DNA of 64,000 nucleotides from an uncultured Alphaproteobacteria bacterium (GCA_963698685.1 CAVORV010000013.1:195134-259133); one strand, 5' to 3'; shown: positions 38,189 through 50,904, counted from the first letter of the stretch. Notes: a model not told the origin generated them from the sequence alone. Numbers and translations: made by a program.

Positions 38189-38283
38189 GACCCGTTAACC
38201 AAGACGCCATTGCGAATCACCGATTCGTACGAGACAAGCCTTTGACGCCATTGCCCTCCGCCCGGGCCAAGCTGGAGCTGCCG

Positions 38284-40353
<2,070 letters not shown>

Positions 40354-40427
40354 TCGCTTCGCGTCGGAAGGTAACGAAGCTTACCAGATAACGCGCTTTT
40401 TCGACAATCAAAGTCGTTGCACTCGCA

Positions 40428-40751
40428 ATGCTGAATCAGGAAACGGCCTTGAGCTATTCGGATCTGGCCAAACGCCTTGGGATGCCGAACGAAACTGGTC
40501 AGGGCCTTGGTCCGATCCTCGATGAGGCTGCGGCAATGTGCGTCGAGCACAAACTACCCGATGTCTCGTCCGTCGTTGTGACGAAAGAGAGCGTCGACCT
40601 TGGTAAGCCGTTTCCCTCTCTTGCTTCATTCGAGGACGGCGTGTGGCCAAAGACCAGGCTCCGTATTGAGGACGTGCCTGATGAACAGGAACGGGTTCGT
40701 CAATTTGACTGGAAATCCGTGCGCAGTTTAAACTTGGGCGAAACGACCTAG
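40428..40751 (+). CDS. Hypothetical protein, possible winged-helix domain, atypical composition
   Basis: LSYSDLAKRLG..LGPILDE...C....LPDVSSVVVTK; many A/T-ending codons unlike flanks. Confidence 0.6.
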   Translation: MLNQETALSYSDLAKRLGMPNETGQGLGPILDEAAAMCVEHKLPDVSSVVVTKESVDLGKPFPSLASFEDGVWPKTRLRIEDVPDEQERVRQFDWKSVRSLNLGETT

Positions 40752-41051
40752 AGCTTCGCTTCGCTCGCCTCCTGCCATCGCGGCCGTAACCGCTTGGGCA
40801 GCGTAGCCCGACTTGATCTCTCCGAGGGTCCGGTAAAAAGGTGTTGTCGAGCTTTGCAGATCGTCTCGCGAAACACTACGGATCGCGCCTGCCCGGGCGG
40901 GAGCGAGAATCGCGCCCGCCGTGGGGCGGGCAGGCGCGATCCGGGGCTGACGCCCCGGCAACAAGCCCACCCCCGACCGCCTCGACTCCCCTTCACCCGA
41001 TGCTAGACTGACCGGCAACCGCACCGCCCCAACCCGAAGGAGCCGCGCCCC

Positions 41052-41330
41052 ATGTCCATCCTCTCCCGCCTCTTCGGCGGCGGCACGGCGCCCGCCCCGA
41101 AAGAAGTCGAGCCCGTCACCCACGAAGGCTTCCGCATCTACGCCGAGCCCGCCGAAGAGTCCGGCCGCTGGCGCATCAACGCCCGCGTCGAGAAGGAGGT
41201 CGACGGCACGCTCAAAACCCACCGGCTCATCCGCGCCGACACCCTCGACAGCCGCGAGGCCGCCACCGACGCCACCCTCGCCAAGGCCCGCCAAGTCATC
41301 GACGAGCAGGGCGACCGCCTCTTCGAGTGA
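41052..41330 (+). CDS. Alphaproteobacterial HlyU-family protein
   Basis: MSILSRLFGG; HEGFRIYAEP; HRLIRAD; KARQVIDEQGDRLF; AAGGAG RBS. Confidence 0.85.
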   Translation: MSILSRLFGGGTAPAPKEVEPVTHEGFRIYAEPAEESGRWRINARVEKEVDGTLKTHRLIRADTLDSREAATDATLAKARQVIDEQGDRLFE

Positions 41331-41599
41331 CGCCACACGACCGCATGGGCGCCACCTTCAGACCCTGCCGCCGCCACTTGCACTCGCCGCGATCTCGCGG
41401 GACGTCTGGCTTGGATAGCTCGCGCGGCACTCGCCAATTGGCCTTCCAACTGGCCCGGGCCACGAACCGGCTCACCGGAAACGCGCAAAGACGATCGCGA
41501 CCGCGGTCTTGGAGCCGGACGGCGTGCCCCCTCGGGGATGATCCGTGTCAGCGAGGTTGAAGATCGGGAGCGGCCGCGGTAACGCCGGATATCCGGAGC

Positions 41600-41624
41600 G
41601 GAACCGTCTGGCGCCACTCACGTT
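41600..41624 (+). promoter_or_regulatory. EcfG-type promoter GGAAC-N16-CGTT
   Basis: GGAAC cgtctggcgccactca CGTT, ~260 bp upstream of the PAS-HWE kinase start. Confidence 0.5.
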
Positions 41625-41882
41625 TGCCGCGTGACGTCGATGACGAAAGAAGAGCCGCAGTGCCTGTCAGACCAGCAGAGACCCGAGAAGTTCACAGCAA
41701 ACCGGGCAAACGCGCCGCGGTGCGGAGAGACGCGCCGCTTGCAAATTCCGCACGTTCGCCATTTGGAGTTTCCTCATGAGCGGACCCGGCAAGAGCGGAT
41801 CTGAGGCTGCGGCACGGTTCGGCATACCTTGCCACCCTCGTGCATTATTTTGCGCGCAGGCCCGTCACCGATCGATGCCCCG

Positions 41883-44069
41883 ATGAACGCCTCCGACAGC
41901 GAATGGTCCCGACAGGCGGCGGCCGGGGGAAATGGTGTTCCGGAGGTCCGGAGTGAAACCGAGGAGCGTTTGCGACGCGTGCTCGACAGCGTGCTCGCCT
42001 TTGTGGGAACACTCTCTCCGGAGGGCGTCCTCACCGAAGCGAACGCGCCCGCAATTCAAGCGACCGGCCTGAGCCGTGAAGAACTGATTGGCCTGCCTTT
42101 CCCCGACTGCTACTGGTGGAGCCACTCACCCGCCCTACAGAGGCGCCTGTGGAATGCGATCGCTCACGCGCGCGCCGGCGAAACCGTTCGCTTTGACGCC
42201 GAGATCCGCGTCAAGGACGACAACCGGATCTGGATCGACTTCCAGTTGACCCCGAACCGCGACCGGACAGGCCGCGTGATCGAATTGATCCCCTCCGGCG
42301 TCGACATCACCGCGCGCAAACAGGGCGAGATCGAACTGCGCCTAAATGAGGAGCGCCTCCGCTTCGCGCTCGAAGCCGGCGGTCTTGGGGATTGGGACTA
42401 TGACCTTTCCACCGGCATGACGCGTCGATCGGCGCGGCATGACGCGATCTTCGGCTACCGTGAACCATTGACGGACTGGACGCTCGAGAGCTTTCTCGCC
42501 CATGTCGCGCCCGAGGACCGGGCAAGGGTCGAGGAGGCGTTCGCCGCCACCCTCGCGACGGGCGGCGACTGGGACATCGTGTGCAGAATCATCCGCGCCG
42601 ACGGAAGCGACGGCTGGATCCGGGCTCAGGGCAAGCCGAGGGTCGATGGGTTGGGGGCGGTCACTCATCTCGTGGGGATCATCGCGGACGTGACCGAGGC
42701 CAAGACTGCTGAAACGGCGCTGGCGGTCAAGGACGAGCGCCTCAGGCTTGCACTCGACGTGGGTCAGGTCGGCGTCTGGGACTGGGACATCCAAAAGGAC
42801 CGCTCCGAATGGTCCGACACGCATTTCTCGCTTCTCGGCTACGAGATCGGGTCGATCCCGGCAGGCTTCGACGCGTGGCGCGTCCGGGTGCATCCCGACG
42901 ACGTCGAAGAGATCGACCGGCGGATCGCGCGTGCGATCGAACGCGGCGAGGACGTCTCCACGACCTACCGCCTGCGCCATCCCGACGGCCGCATCGTGCA
43001 TGTGAACGCCCGCATCCAAGTCCTGTCCGATCGCGGCGGAAAGCCGGCCCGCATGATCGGCGTGATGGCCGACGTCACCGATCTGACCGAGGCCAACCTG
43101 CGCGCCGACGTGAGCGAACGTCGCCTCGACAAGGTGTTCGCGAACGCGCCGGTCGGCCTCGCCTATCATGACGGGGATCTGCGTTTTCGGGCGGTTAACG
43201 CCCGTCTCGCCGCGTTCGTCGGCAAGCCACTGGACGACTTCATCGGCAAGACACCGGACGAAATCGATCCCGTGTTCGGCGAGATCGTCAGACCCGTGCT
43301 CGAAGGCGCGATGGACACCTCCGAGCCGACGCACGACGTCGAGGTGCGGATGCCCCGTCCGCGCGACGGGGGCGAGGCGATCTATCTCGTGAACTGCGAT
43401 GTGGACCGCGATGCCGAGGGGGCCGTGACCGGCATCAATGTCGCGGCCCAGGACATCACCGAACTGACGGCGGCCGAACGGCAGCGGCGCGCTCTTCTGC
43501 GCGAGCTTGCGCACCGGGTCAGCAACTCGCTCAACGTGATCCAGTCCATCGCCCGCCAGACCCTGATCGGATCGCCAGACCCGTCCGATTTCGCGCGCGC
43601 GATCATCGGACGCATCAACAGCCTCGCGGCCACCCATGCCATCCTCACGCGGGCGGAGTGGAGCGGCGCAGACCTCCGGCGTGTTCTCGAGGCGCAGCTC
43701 GACCCGGTGGCGCCTTCCACGCTCGCCCGCATCTCGCTTGACGGGCCGGACGTCCCGGTCCCGCCCGAACTCGCTTCGAACATCGGCCTGATCATCCACG
43801 AACTCGGCGTCAACGCGCTCCGCTTCGGCGCTCTCTCGGTCCCGGACGGCCGCATCGCCATCAAGTGGCGCGTCGCCGGTGACATGCTGGAGCTGGAATG
43901 GATCGAACGCGGCGGTCCGCCCATCGAAGAGCAGCCCAAGTCGATCGGATTCGGGACGCGTCTCGCCGAGATGGCCGGCGGCCGGGTCGAGCGGACATAC
44001 GATCCGGACGGCCTATTTTTCCGCCTTGCGGTACGCCTTGATGACCCCGGCGCGCCTTCAAGCCGCTGA
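41883..44069 (+). CDS. Cytoplasmic multi-PAS HWE-family histidine kinase
   Basis: About four PAS/PAC units (DIT, DVT ends; WDYD, WDWD, VHPDD); ELAHRVSN; IHELGVNALRFGALS; WIERGGP; GFG; start uncertain. Confidence 0.9.
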   Translation: MNASDSEWSRQAAAGGNGVPEVRSETEERLRRVLDSVLAFVGTLSPEGVLTEANAPAIQATGLSREELIGLPFPDCYWWSHSPALQRRLWNAIAHARAGETVRFDAEIRVKDDNRIWIDFQLTPNRDRTGRVIELIPSGVDITARKQGEIELRLNEERLRFALEAGGLGDWDYDLSTGMTRRSARHDAIFGYREPLTDWTLESFLAHVAPEDRARVEEAFAATLATGGDWDIVCRIIRADGSDGWIRAQGKPRVDGLGAVTHLVGIIADVTEAKTAETALAVKDERLRLALDVGQVGVWDWDIQKDRSEWSDTHFSLLGYEIGSIPAGFDAWRVRVHPDDVEEIDRRIARAIERGEDVSTTYRLRHPDGRIVHVNARIQVLSDRGGKPARMIGVMADVTDLTEANLRADVSERRLDKVFANAPVGLAYHDGDLRFRAVNARLAAFVGKPLDDFIGKTPDEIDPVFGEIVRPVLEGAMDTSEPTHDVEVRMPRPRDGGEAIYLVNCDVDRDAEGAVTGINVAAQDITELTAAERQRRALLRELAHRVSNSLNVIQSIARQTLIGSPDPSDFARAIIGRINSLAATHAILTRAEWSGADLRRVLEAQLDPVAPSTLARISLDGPDVPVPPELASNIGLIIHELGVNALRFGALSVPDGRIAIKWRVAGDMLELEWIERGGPPIEEQPKSIGFGTRLAEMAGGRVERTYDPDGLFFRLAVRLDDPGAPSSR

Positions 44070-45734
44070 CGAACATTCTCCGGGCGTGGCCAGAACCTTC
44101 GACGCATCGCCGTCGAGCGTGAACACCACTCCTTCGGCCGGGTAGGACAACTTGGCTTCAGCGCCAAGCTCCACCGCCAGCACGCGCTCGATCATCCTGC
44201 TGCCAAACCCGTTCCTCTCCGGCGACGCCACGACCGGGCCGCCCCGCTCGGTCCAAGTGAGACGAAAGCGCCCGGCGTCGATCCGCCAGGCGATGTCCAC
44301 GATACCGCCCGGGACTGAGAGAGCCCCGTACTTCGTCGCGTTGGTGCAGAGTTCATGGACCGCCATCGCGAGTGCGAGCGCGCCGCGCGACTCGATCCGA
44401 AGGTCCGGTCCGCCGAACCGCACGCGTCGAGAGGCATCGCCGTCGAAAGGCCGGATCGCCGTCTCCAGAAGTTCGCGCAGATCCGCGCTCTCCCAACGGT
44501 CCGACAGAAGGATCGCGTGGGCCTCCGCCATCGACCGCAGGCGCTCGCCGAAGACCCGCGCCGCCTCGGGATCCACCTTCCCGGCGAAGGTCTGCCGCGC
44601 GATCGCCTGGACCGTGCCGAGCGTGTTCTTGATCCGATGCTGCATCTCGGCCAGCAGGACCTCGCGGTGACGCTCCGCCCGGATGCGGGCCGCCCGGTCC
44701 TCCGACACCTCGTCCATGTAACCGTCGATCGCCGCGGCAAGCTGCGTGATCTCGCCATCGTCATGCGGCATGCCGGTGCGGGCATCGAGATCACCTGCGC
44801 GCCAGGCTCCCACGGTTTCGAGCAGCCTGCGGATCGGCTGACGGATGATCCGGTCACCGACGGCCCAGGTCATGAGGAAGGTGCCGGCCAGACCGGCTCC
44901 GGCGAGGCCGAGGCTCTGCCATGTCGATCGCCAGATCGGAGCGAAGGCTTCCTCGGTCGATACCCCGACGCTGACGTAAAGGCCTGTTCCCGTGACCTGT
45001 GGCGGGTGGTATCCGATGATGCGCCGCGTGCCGTCCTGGCTTTGCACCTCCATCGTGCCCGCTTCCGAGGCTTGGACGAGATACTGGAAATCGTCAGGGA
45101 TCCGGGTTCCGACGAGGCGTTCGGGATAGGGCTCACGCGCGAGGATCACGCCGTCCCGGTCCGCTACGGTCAGTGCGCCGCCTCGGGTCAGGTTACGCTC
45201 CCTGACCCGGTCCTGGAGCCAGTCGAGATCGAGCCACGTCGTGAGCGTCGCCCCCAGATCCAGCCCGAGCGTGAGCGGGAGAAGTGGCGCACCTTCAGGC
45301 CGAGGCCGGACAAACAAGCCGGTCCACAACGTGCCCGGCGCGACCGGCATGGGCTCATCGGCCGATCCCGGGTCTGTGCCTCCGCTCGCGCACCGTACCG
45401 CGCCATCGGAATCGCGCAGCACAAATCCACGCAACTGGGGAAGACCGATCGACACCCTCGACATGAACAGGGCACAGCCAGTGCCCTCTGGCCGCTCCAG
45501 TTCCGGCGCGGCGGCCATCGCGAGCAACACGGATCTTGTCCCGTCGATGATCCGGTCCATCTCGAGGCTGGCGATCTCGCCCAGTCGCAACGCCTCCGCC
45601 CGGGTCGCGTCCTCCCGTTGGGAATGCGCGGAGCCGATGAGGAACAGAAGCGCGAAGGTGGCGGGCAGAGCGGCGGCCGCGGCGAGCGCCAAAAGACGCC
45701 GAAGCAGGCTCGACTTTCCGCCAAGCGATGTCAT
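44058..45734 (-). CDS. Membrane HWE-family histidine kinase with Cache-like sensor and HAMP
   Basis: Two TMs flanking a periplasmic domain; HAMP (GDLDART..EITQLA); EMQHRIKN; HELCTNATKYGALS; WTERGGP; GFGS. Confidence 0.9.
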   Translation of the reverse strand: MTSLGGKSSLLRRLLALAAAAALPATFALLFLIGSAHSQREDATRAEALRLGEIASLEMDRIIDGTRSVLLAMAAAPELERPEGTGCALFMSRVSIGLPQLRGFVLRDSDGAVRCASGGTDPGSADEPMPVAPGTLWTGLFVRPRPEGAPLLPLTLGLDLGATLTTWLDLDWLQDRVRERNLTRGGALTVADRDGVILAREPYPERLVGTRIPDDFQYLVQASEAGTMEVQSQDGTRRIIGYHPPQVTGTGLYVSVGVSTEEAFAPIWRSTWQSLGLAGAGLAGTFLMTWAVGDRIIRQPIRRLLETVGAWRAGDLDARTGMPHDDGEITQLAAAIDGYMDEVSEDRAARIRAERHREVLLAEMQHRIKNTLGTVQAIARQTFAGKVDPEAARVFGERLRSMAEAHAILLSDRWESADLRELLETAIRPFDGDASRRVRFGGPDLRIESRGALALAMAVHELCTNATKYGALSVPGGIVDIAWRIDAGRFRLTWTERGGPVVASPERNGFGSRMIERVLAVELGAEAKLSYPAEGVVFTLDGDASKVLATPGECSSAA

Positions 45735-45931
45735 GAGGCGCCACGCAACAGGTTCTTGAGCATATCTGACAGTTCGGACGCTCCTTCAAAGGCCTCGGCC
45801 GGCACGAGCCTGCGGGAACGCGATGAGAGATAAACGATGGTCCGGGCAAGTCCAAGAGGTCCGACTGTCCGGCGGCGCGTGGTGGTGACGACTGCCCGAC
45901 CCCGACATATCGGCGGACATGCGCGGCACGG

Positions 45932-46936
45932 TCAATCGAACTCGCTGACCATCACGCTTCGTCGCTCCGCGATCGACCTGTAAGCCGCCTCGGCGAGGAC
46001 CAGTGCGCGGCGGCCATCCTCGAAGCCGACTTCGGGTGGCGCGCCATCGCCGACCGCGCGCGCGAACGCGCCGATCTCGGCCATGAAGGCTTCATGGTAG
46101 CGTTCGATGAAGAAGTCGAGATACGGCGTCGCCGCCTCGACGGCGGAACCGGTATACCGGCGCGCCTCGTGAGGTTTGCGGTTCAAGCTGGTCACCATGC
46201 CTTTGGAGCCGAGAAGCTCCACCCGCTGATCATAGCCGTAGGTGGACGTCCGCGAGTTGTTGATGTGGCATTGCTTGCCGTCGGCGGTCCGCAGGATGAT
46301 CATCGCGGTGTCGTGGTCGTCGAGTTCGTCCATCAGCGCGGGGTCGATCAGGCGTCCGGCCACCGCCATCACCTCCGTCGGCTCGTCACCAAGCACGAAG
46401 CGGGCGAGGTCGAAATCGTGGATCGTCATGTCGCGCAGGAGGCCGCCGGCACTCTCGTAGTAGGATCGCGGCGGCATTCCCGGGTCGCGCGACGTGATGA
46501 TAACCTGATGCAGCATCCCGATCTCGCCGTTCGCGACGGCGTCCCGCGCGGCGCGGTGGCCGGGGTCGAAGCGGCGGTTGAAGCCGATCTGGACCGGCAC
46601 GCTGCTCCCGGCGATGCGCTTGGCGCAGGAATTGACCCGGTCGAGGTCGAGATCGATCGGCTTCTCGCAGAGCACGGGCTTGCCGGCCGCGACCGCGCGT
46701 TCGATGTAATCCGCATGGGTCGCGGTGATCGAGGCCACCAGCACGGCGTCGATGTCGGGCGAGGCGAAGACGTCATCGGCGCTCGCAGCTATGGCGCAGC
46801 CGTTCTCGGCGGCGGTCGCCTCGGCGCTGGGGGCGTGCTCGTCGAAGACCATCGCGAGATCCGTCTCAGGATGGAGTCGGATGTTGGCCGCGTGCATCCG
46901 CCCTATCCGGCCGCAGCCTATCACCGCCATGCGCAT
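45932..46936 (-). CDS. iolG: Inositol 2-dehydrogenase (Gfo/Idh/MocA), copy 1
   Basis: IGCGRIG; LCEKP; GFNRRFD; ITSRDP; SAGGLLRDMTIHDFD; NSR..YGYDQRVE; FFIERY. Confidence 0.88.
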   Translation of the reverse strand: MRMAVIGCGRIGRMHAANIRLHPETDLAMVFDEHAPSAEATAAENGCAIAASADDVFASPDIDAVLVASITATHADYIERAVAAGKPVLCEKPIDLDLDRVNSCAKRIAGSSVPVQIGFNRRFDPGHRAARDAVANGEIGMLHQVIITSRDPGMPPRSYYESAGGLLRDMTIHDFDLARFVLGDEPTEVMAVAGRLIDPALMDELDDHDTAMIILRTADGKQCHINNSRTSTYGYDQRVELLGSKGMVTSLNRKPHEARRYTGSAVEAATPYLDFFIERYHEAFMAEIGAFARAVGDGAPPEVGFEDGRRALVLAEAAYRSIAERRSVMVSEFD

Positions 46937-47063
46937 CGTCGTCTCCCCCTGTTGCCTTTGTGCGGATAACACTCCGCCGCGGGATCGCGGTCAACCTGCC
47001 GGGAGGCATGACATGACCGCGCCGTCGCCCTAACATCGCCTTCGGGGACTTCAGGAGGGCACA

Positions 47064-47882
47064 ATGAATCGACTGGACGGGAAGACGGGCATCGTCACGG
47101 GCGGAACCCAGGGGCTTGGCGCGGCGATCGCCCTACGTTTCGCCGAGGCAGGGGCGGCCGGGATCGTGATCTGCGGGCGCGCGACGGCTAAGGGCGAGGC
47201 GGTCGCGAAACAGATCTCGGTGACGACCAGCGCGAATGTCCGCTTCGTTAGGGCGGATCTCGGCGAGGTGGACGAGTGCCGCGCGGTGGTCGCGGCGGCG
47301 GACGCGGCGTTCGGCAGGATCGACTTTCTGGTGAACGCGGCGGGCATGACCGACCGCGGCGACATCCTGACCACGCAGCCCGAGCTTTTCGACCGCATGT
47401 TCGCGGTCAACGCGCGGGCCCCGTTCTATCTGATGCAGGAGTTGGTCAAGGTGATGATCCGCGAGAGGACCGAAGGGTCCATCGTCAATATAGGATCGAC
47501 GAGCGCGCTGGCGGGTCAGCCGTTCATCGCCGCCTATTGCGCCTCGAAGGGGGCTTTGGCGACGATGACGCGAAACACGGCGTTCGCGCTCATGCGCAAC
47601 CGGATCCGGGTCAATCAGCTCAACATCGGCTGGATGGCTTCTGATGGCGAGGACCGCATCCAGCGGGAGTATCACGGCGCGGCGGAAAACTGGCTGGAGG
47701 CCGCCGCAGCCGCGCAGCCGTTCGGGCGCCTTCTGGCGCCGGAGGAGGTCGCGAAGGCGGTCGCGTTCCTCGCCTCGGGCGATTCGGGCATGATGACGGG
47801 CTCGGTGGTGAATTTCGACCAGTCGGTCTGGGGCGGGTACGAGGCGTCCCCTCCGACGCCGACAGGGGCGATGAGCCTTTGA
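47064..47882 (+). CDS. SDR-family oxidoreductase
   Basis: TGGTQGLG; VNAAG; YCASK; RVNQLNIGW; GGAGG RBS. Confidence 0.9.
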   Translation: MNRLDGKTGIVTGGTQGLGAAIALRFAEAGAAGIVICGRATAKGEAVAKQISVTTSANVRFVRADLGEVDECRAVVAAADAAFGRIDFLVNAAGMTDRGDILTTQPELFDRMFAVNARAPFYLMQELVKVMIRERTEGSIVNIGSTSALAGQPFIAAYCASKGALATMTRNTAFALMRNRIRVNQLNIGWMASDGEDRIQREYHGAAENWLEAAAAAQPFGRLLAPEEVAKAVAFLASGDSGMMTGSVVNFDQSVWGGYEASPPTPTGAMSL

Positions 47883-48013
47883 CATCTTTCGGATAATCAC
47901 GAGGCGGAGCGATGTCAGGCTGGCGAAGCGGCCTGGGATGTGCAAATCTCCGCTCAACGCGGGCGCGCCTATGCCGAGGTGACGACAACCGCGACAGACA
48001 TGGGAGATGATTA

Positions 48014-48754
48014 GTGGGCCTTCTCAAGCTCAAGGACGTGGCCAAGAATTTCGGCGCGATCGAAGCGCTGAAGGGCGTCGATCTCGAGATCGGCCCGGGC
48101 GAGGTCGTCGGTCTTATGGGTGACAACGGCGCGGGAAAATCCACGCTGGTCAAGATCATCTCCGGCAATTTTCGACAATCGCGCGGCAGCATCGAGATGG
48201 ATGGCGAGCTGGTGGATTTCCATCGCCCGATGGACGCCCGGGACGTCGGCATCGAGGTCGTCTATCAGGACCTCGCGATCGCGGACAACCTGACAGCCGC
48301 CGAGAACGTCTTTCTCGGGCGCGAGATCCGCAAGGGTTGGGGTCCGTTCAAGACCCTCGACCGGAAGGCGATGATCGACCGGTCTGCGGAACTGTTCGAG
48401 GAACTGAAGTCCGAGACGCGACCGAGGGACCTCGTGCGCAAGATGTCGGGAGGTCAGCGCCAGGCCGTCGCGATCGCCCGCACGCGGCTGTCGCAGGCCA
48501 AGATCGTGCTGATGGACGAGCCGACGGCCGCGATCTCGGTGCGGCAGGTCGCGGAGGTTCTCAGCCTGATCAAGCGGCTCAAGGCCCAAGGCGTCGCGAT
48601 CGTGCTCATCAGCCACCGCATGCCGGACGTTTTCGGCGTCTGCGACCGGATCGTGGTCGTTCGTCGTGGGGAGAAGGTCGCGGACAAGGCGACCGTCGAC
48701 ACCAGCCCGGAAGAGATCACCGGTCTCATAACGGGAGCGATCCATGAAGCCTGA
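48014..48754 (+). CDS. Sugar ABC transporter ATP-binding protein (single domain)
   Basis: GDNGAGKST; VYQDLA; MSGGQRQ; LMDEPTAA; ISH. Confidence 0.92.
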   Translation: MGLLKLKDVAKNFGAIEALKGVDLEIGPGEVVGLMGDNGAGKSTLVKIISGNFRQSRGSIEMDGELVDFHRPMDARDVGIEVVYQDLAIADNLTAAENVFLGREIRKGWGPFKTLDRKAMIDRSAELFEELKSETRPRDLVRKMSGGQRQAVAIARTRLSQAKIVLMDEPTAAISVRQVAEVLSLIKRLKAQGVAIVLISHRMPDVFGVCDRIVVVRRGEKVADKATVDTSPEEITGLITGAIHEA

Positions 48755-49840
48755 CAATCCCGCGACAGTCACGCGAGCGTCTCCGAGGTCACGGGGATCG
48801 AAGAGCGCACGCTTCGGCAGAAGCTTCTCACGAGCCAGCCCTTCTGGGTGACGGTGGCGCTTCTGGTGCTTGCGGTCGGGATCGCGCTCTATCAGCCGTC
48901 CTTCGCGTCCTCCGCGAACCTCTCGAACGTGACCCGCAATTTCGCGCCGTTCGGCATCATGGCGCTCGGGATGACCTGCGTGATCATCACCGGCGGCATA
49001 GACCTGTCTGTAGGGTCGATCATGGGGCTCGTGGCGATCGTAGCGGGGCTCGCGCTGACGAACGAGTACAGCTGGCAGGTGGCGTTCAGCCTCGGCCTGC
49101 TCGCCGGGCTCGCCTGCGGGGCGGTGAACGGGTTTTTCATCGCCTATGTCGGCATGTCGCCCTTCGTCGTGACCTTGGGCATGATGTCCATCGCGCGGTC
49201 GCTGGCCGTCGTGATCTCTGGCAATCAGATGCTCTACCAGTTCGGCCCGGACGCGCCTGTCGTCAGGGCCATCGGGCAGTTCCGGTTCCCGAGCGGAGAT
49301 CCGGACAGCATCTTTCCCGCGTGGATCCCGTCGTTCTCGATCCAGTTCTGGATCATGGTGATCCTGGCGCTCTTCGTCGGATACGTTTTCCGCTCCAGAG
49401 TCTGGGGGACGCATCTCTTCGCGATCGGCGGGAACGAACAGGCCGCGCGCATGACCGGAGTCAACGTCGACCGGATCAAGTTCCAGGCATACGTTTTCTC
49501 GGCTTTCTGCGCGGCGATCTCGTCGCTGCTGATCATGGCGTATTCGGGCTCGGCGATAAACGCGCTCGGCCAGACCTACGAGCTGCGCGTGATCGCGGCG
49601 ACCGTGATCGGCGGCGCGAGCCTGATGGGCGGGTCGGGGACGGCCTATGGCGCCATCGTGGGTTCCGCGCTGCTCGAAGTCATCCGCAACGCGCTTCTGA
49701 TGGCGGGGATCGATTCCAATTGGCAGGGCGCGTTCGTCGGCGCCTTCATCATTCTCGCGGTTCTGGTCGGAATGGAGACGCGCGGTTTCAGCCTCACCGA
49801 GGTGATCCGCGACATGTTCCGGTTCGGCAGGAAACGCTAG
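48744..49840 (+). CDS. Sugar ABC permease (RbsC-like); probable indel near 48757 separates the RBS-preceded ATG from the main frame
   Basis: ITGGIDLSVGS; PFVVTLG; AIGGNEQAARMTGV; YELRVIAATVIGG; main frame open from ~48755, ATG 48744 with GGGAG RBS is out of frame. Confidence 0.85.
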
Positions 49841-49890
49841 AAGACCGCCGCGGGCGAAACCGCGGCGTTGAGCAACCAGGGAGTGGAAAC

Positions 49891-50895
49891 ATGAGAAGAC
49901 TGATTTCGGGATCGATGATGGCGGTCGCCGCGATGACCATCGGATCGGCGGCGATGGCGCAGAACACCTTCGCGCTTGTACCCAAGAACATGAACAACCC
50001 GTTCTTCGACCAGGCCCGCGATGGCTGCATGAAGGCCGCCGAAGAGTCTGGCGGAAAGTTCGTGTGCGAGTACATCGGACCTGGCGAGCACGGTGGCGGC
50101 GACGAGCAGATGCAGATCGTCCAGGATCTTGTCGCGCGTGGCGATCTGGCCGGCATCGCGGTGTCGCCTTCAAACGCGGCGGCGATGGCCGTGGCGCTTC
50201 AGGCGGCCAAGGACGCGGGCATTCCGGTGCTGACATGGGATTCCGACCTGCTGCCGGAGAACCAGGATCTGCGCGTCGCCTATATCGGCACGCACAACTA
50301 CGAGATCGGCACGAACCTCGCCAAGCTCGCCATGGAGATCAAGCCCGAGGGCGGCACGGTCTGCATCCAGTCCGGCGGCGCGGCGGCGGCCAACCACAAC
50401 GAGCGCATGCAGGGCATCCGCGACACGCTGGGCGCGATGTCGGGCACGACGAGCCCGGGCGAGCGTCTGACCGGCCAGAACGGCTGGACCGAGGCCGAGG
50501 GCTGCCCGCTCTACACCGACGACGACTTCCCGCGCTCGGTGCAGCAGTTCGAGGACTTCATGATCGCGAACCCGGACGTGGACGCGTTCATCCCGACCGG
50601 CGGCTTCCCGCAGTTCATCCCGGACGCCAACCGCGCGGCGGTCGAGCAGTACAAGGACAAGATCGCCTCGGGCGAGCTCGCCCTCGTGGTCGCCGACACG
50701 CTGCCGGTCCAGATCGACCAGATGAAGGAAGGCTATTCCGCCGGCCAGGTCGGCCAGCGTCCCTTCGAGATGGGCTATCGCAGCATGCAGGCCCTCCAGC
50801 AGATGGCCGAGGGCGGCGAGCCGCCGATGGACCCGACCTATACGGGCCTCGACGTCTGCACGCCGGAGACGGCCGACACCTGCATCGCGCAGTGA
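49891..50895 (+). CDS. Sugar ABC substrate-binding protein (RbsB-like)
   Basis: Sec signal ..SAAMAQ; VPKNMNNPFF; GIAVSP; TWDSD; YIGTHN; QRPFEMGY. Confidence 0.92.
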   Translation: MRRLISGSMMAVAAMTIGSAAMAQNTFALVPKNMNNPFFDQARDGCMKAAEESGGKFVCEYIGPGEHGGGDEQMQIVQDLVARGDLAGIAVSPSNAAAMAVALQAAKDAGIPVLTWDSDLLPENQDLRVAYIGTHNYEIGTNLAKLAMEIKPEGGTVCIQSGGAAAANHNERMQGIRDTLGAMSGTTSPGERLTGQNGWTEAEGCPLYTDDDFPRSVQQFEDFMIANPDVDAFIPTGGFPQFIPDANRAAVEQYKDKIASGELALVVADTLPVQIDQMKEGYSAGQVGQRPFEMGYRSMQALQQMAEGGEPPMDPTYTGLDVCTPETADTCIAQ

Positions 50896-50904
50896 CCTGA
50901 CGAC

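Noticed and set aside
41883-43500. LOV photoreceptor domain in the PAS-HWE kinase
   Set aside because: No GxNCRFLQ motif in any PAS unit.
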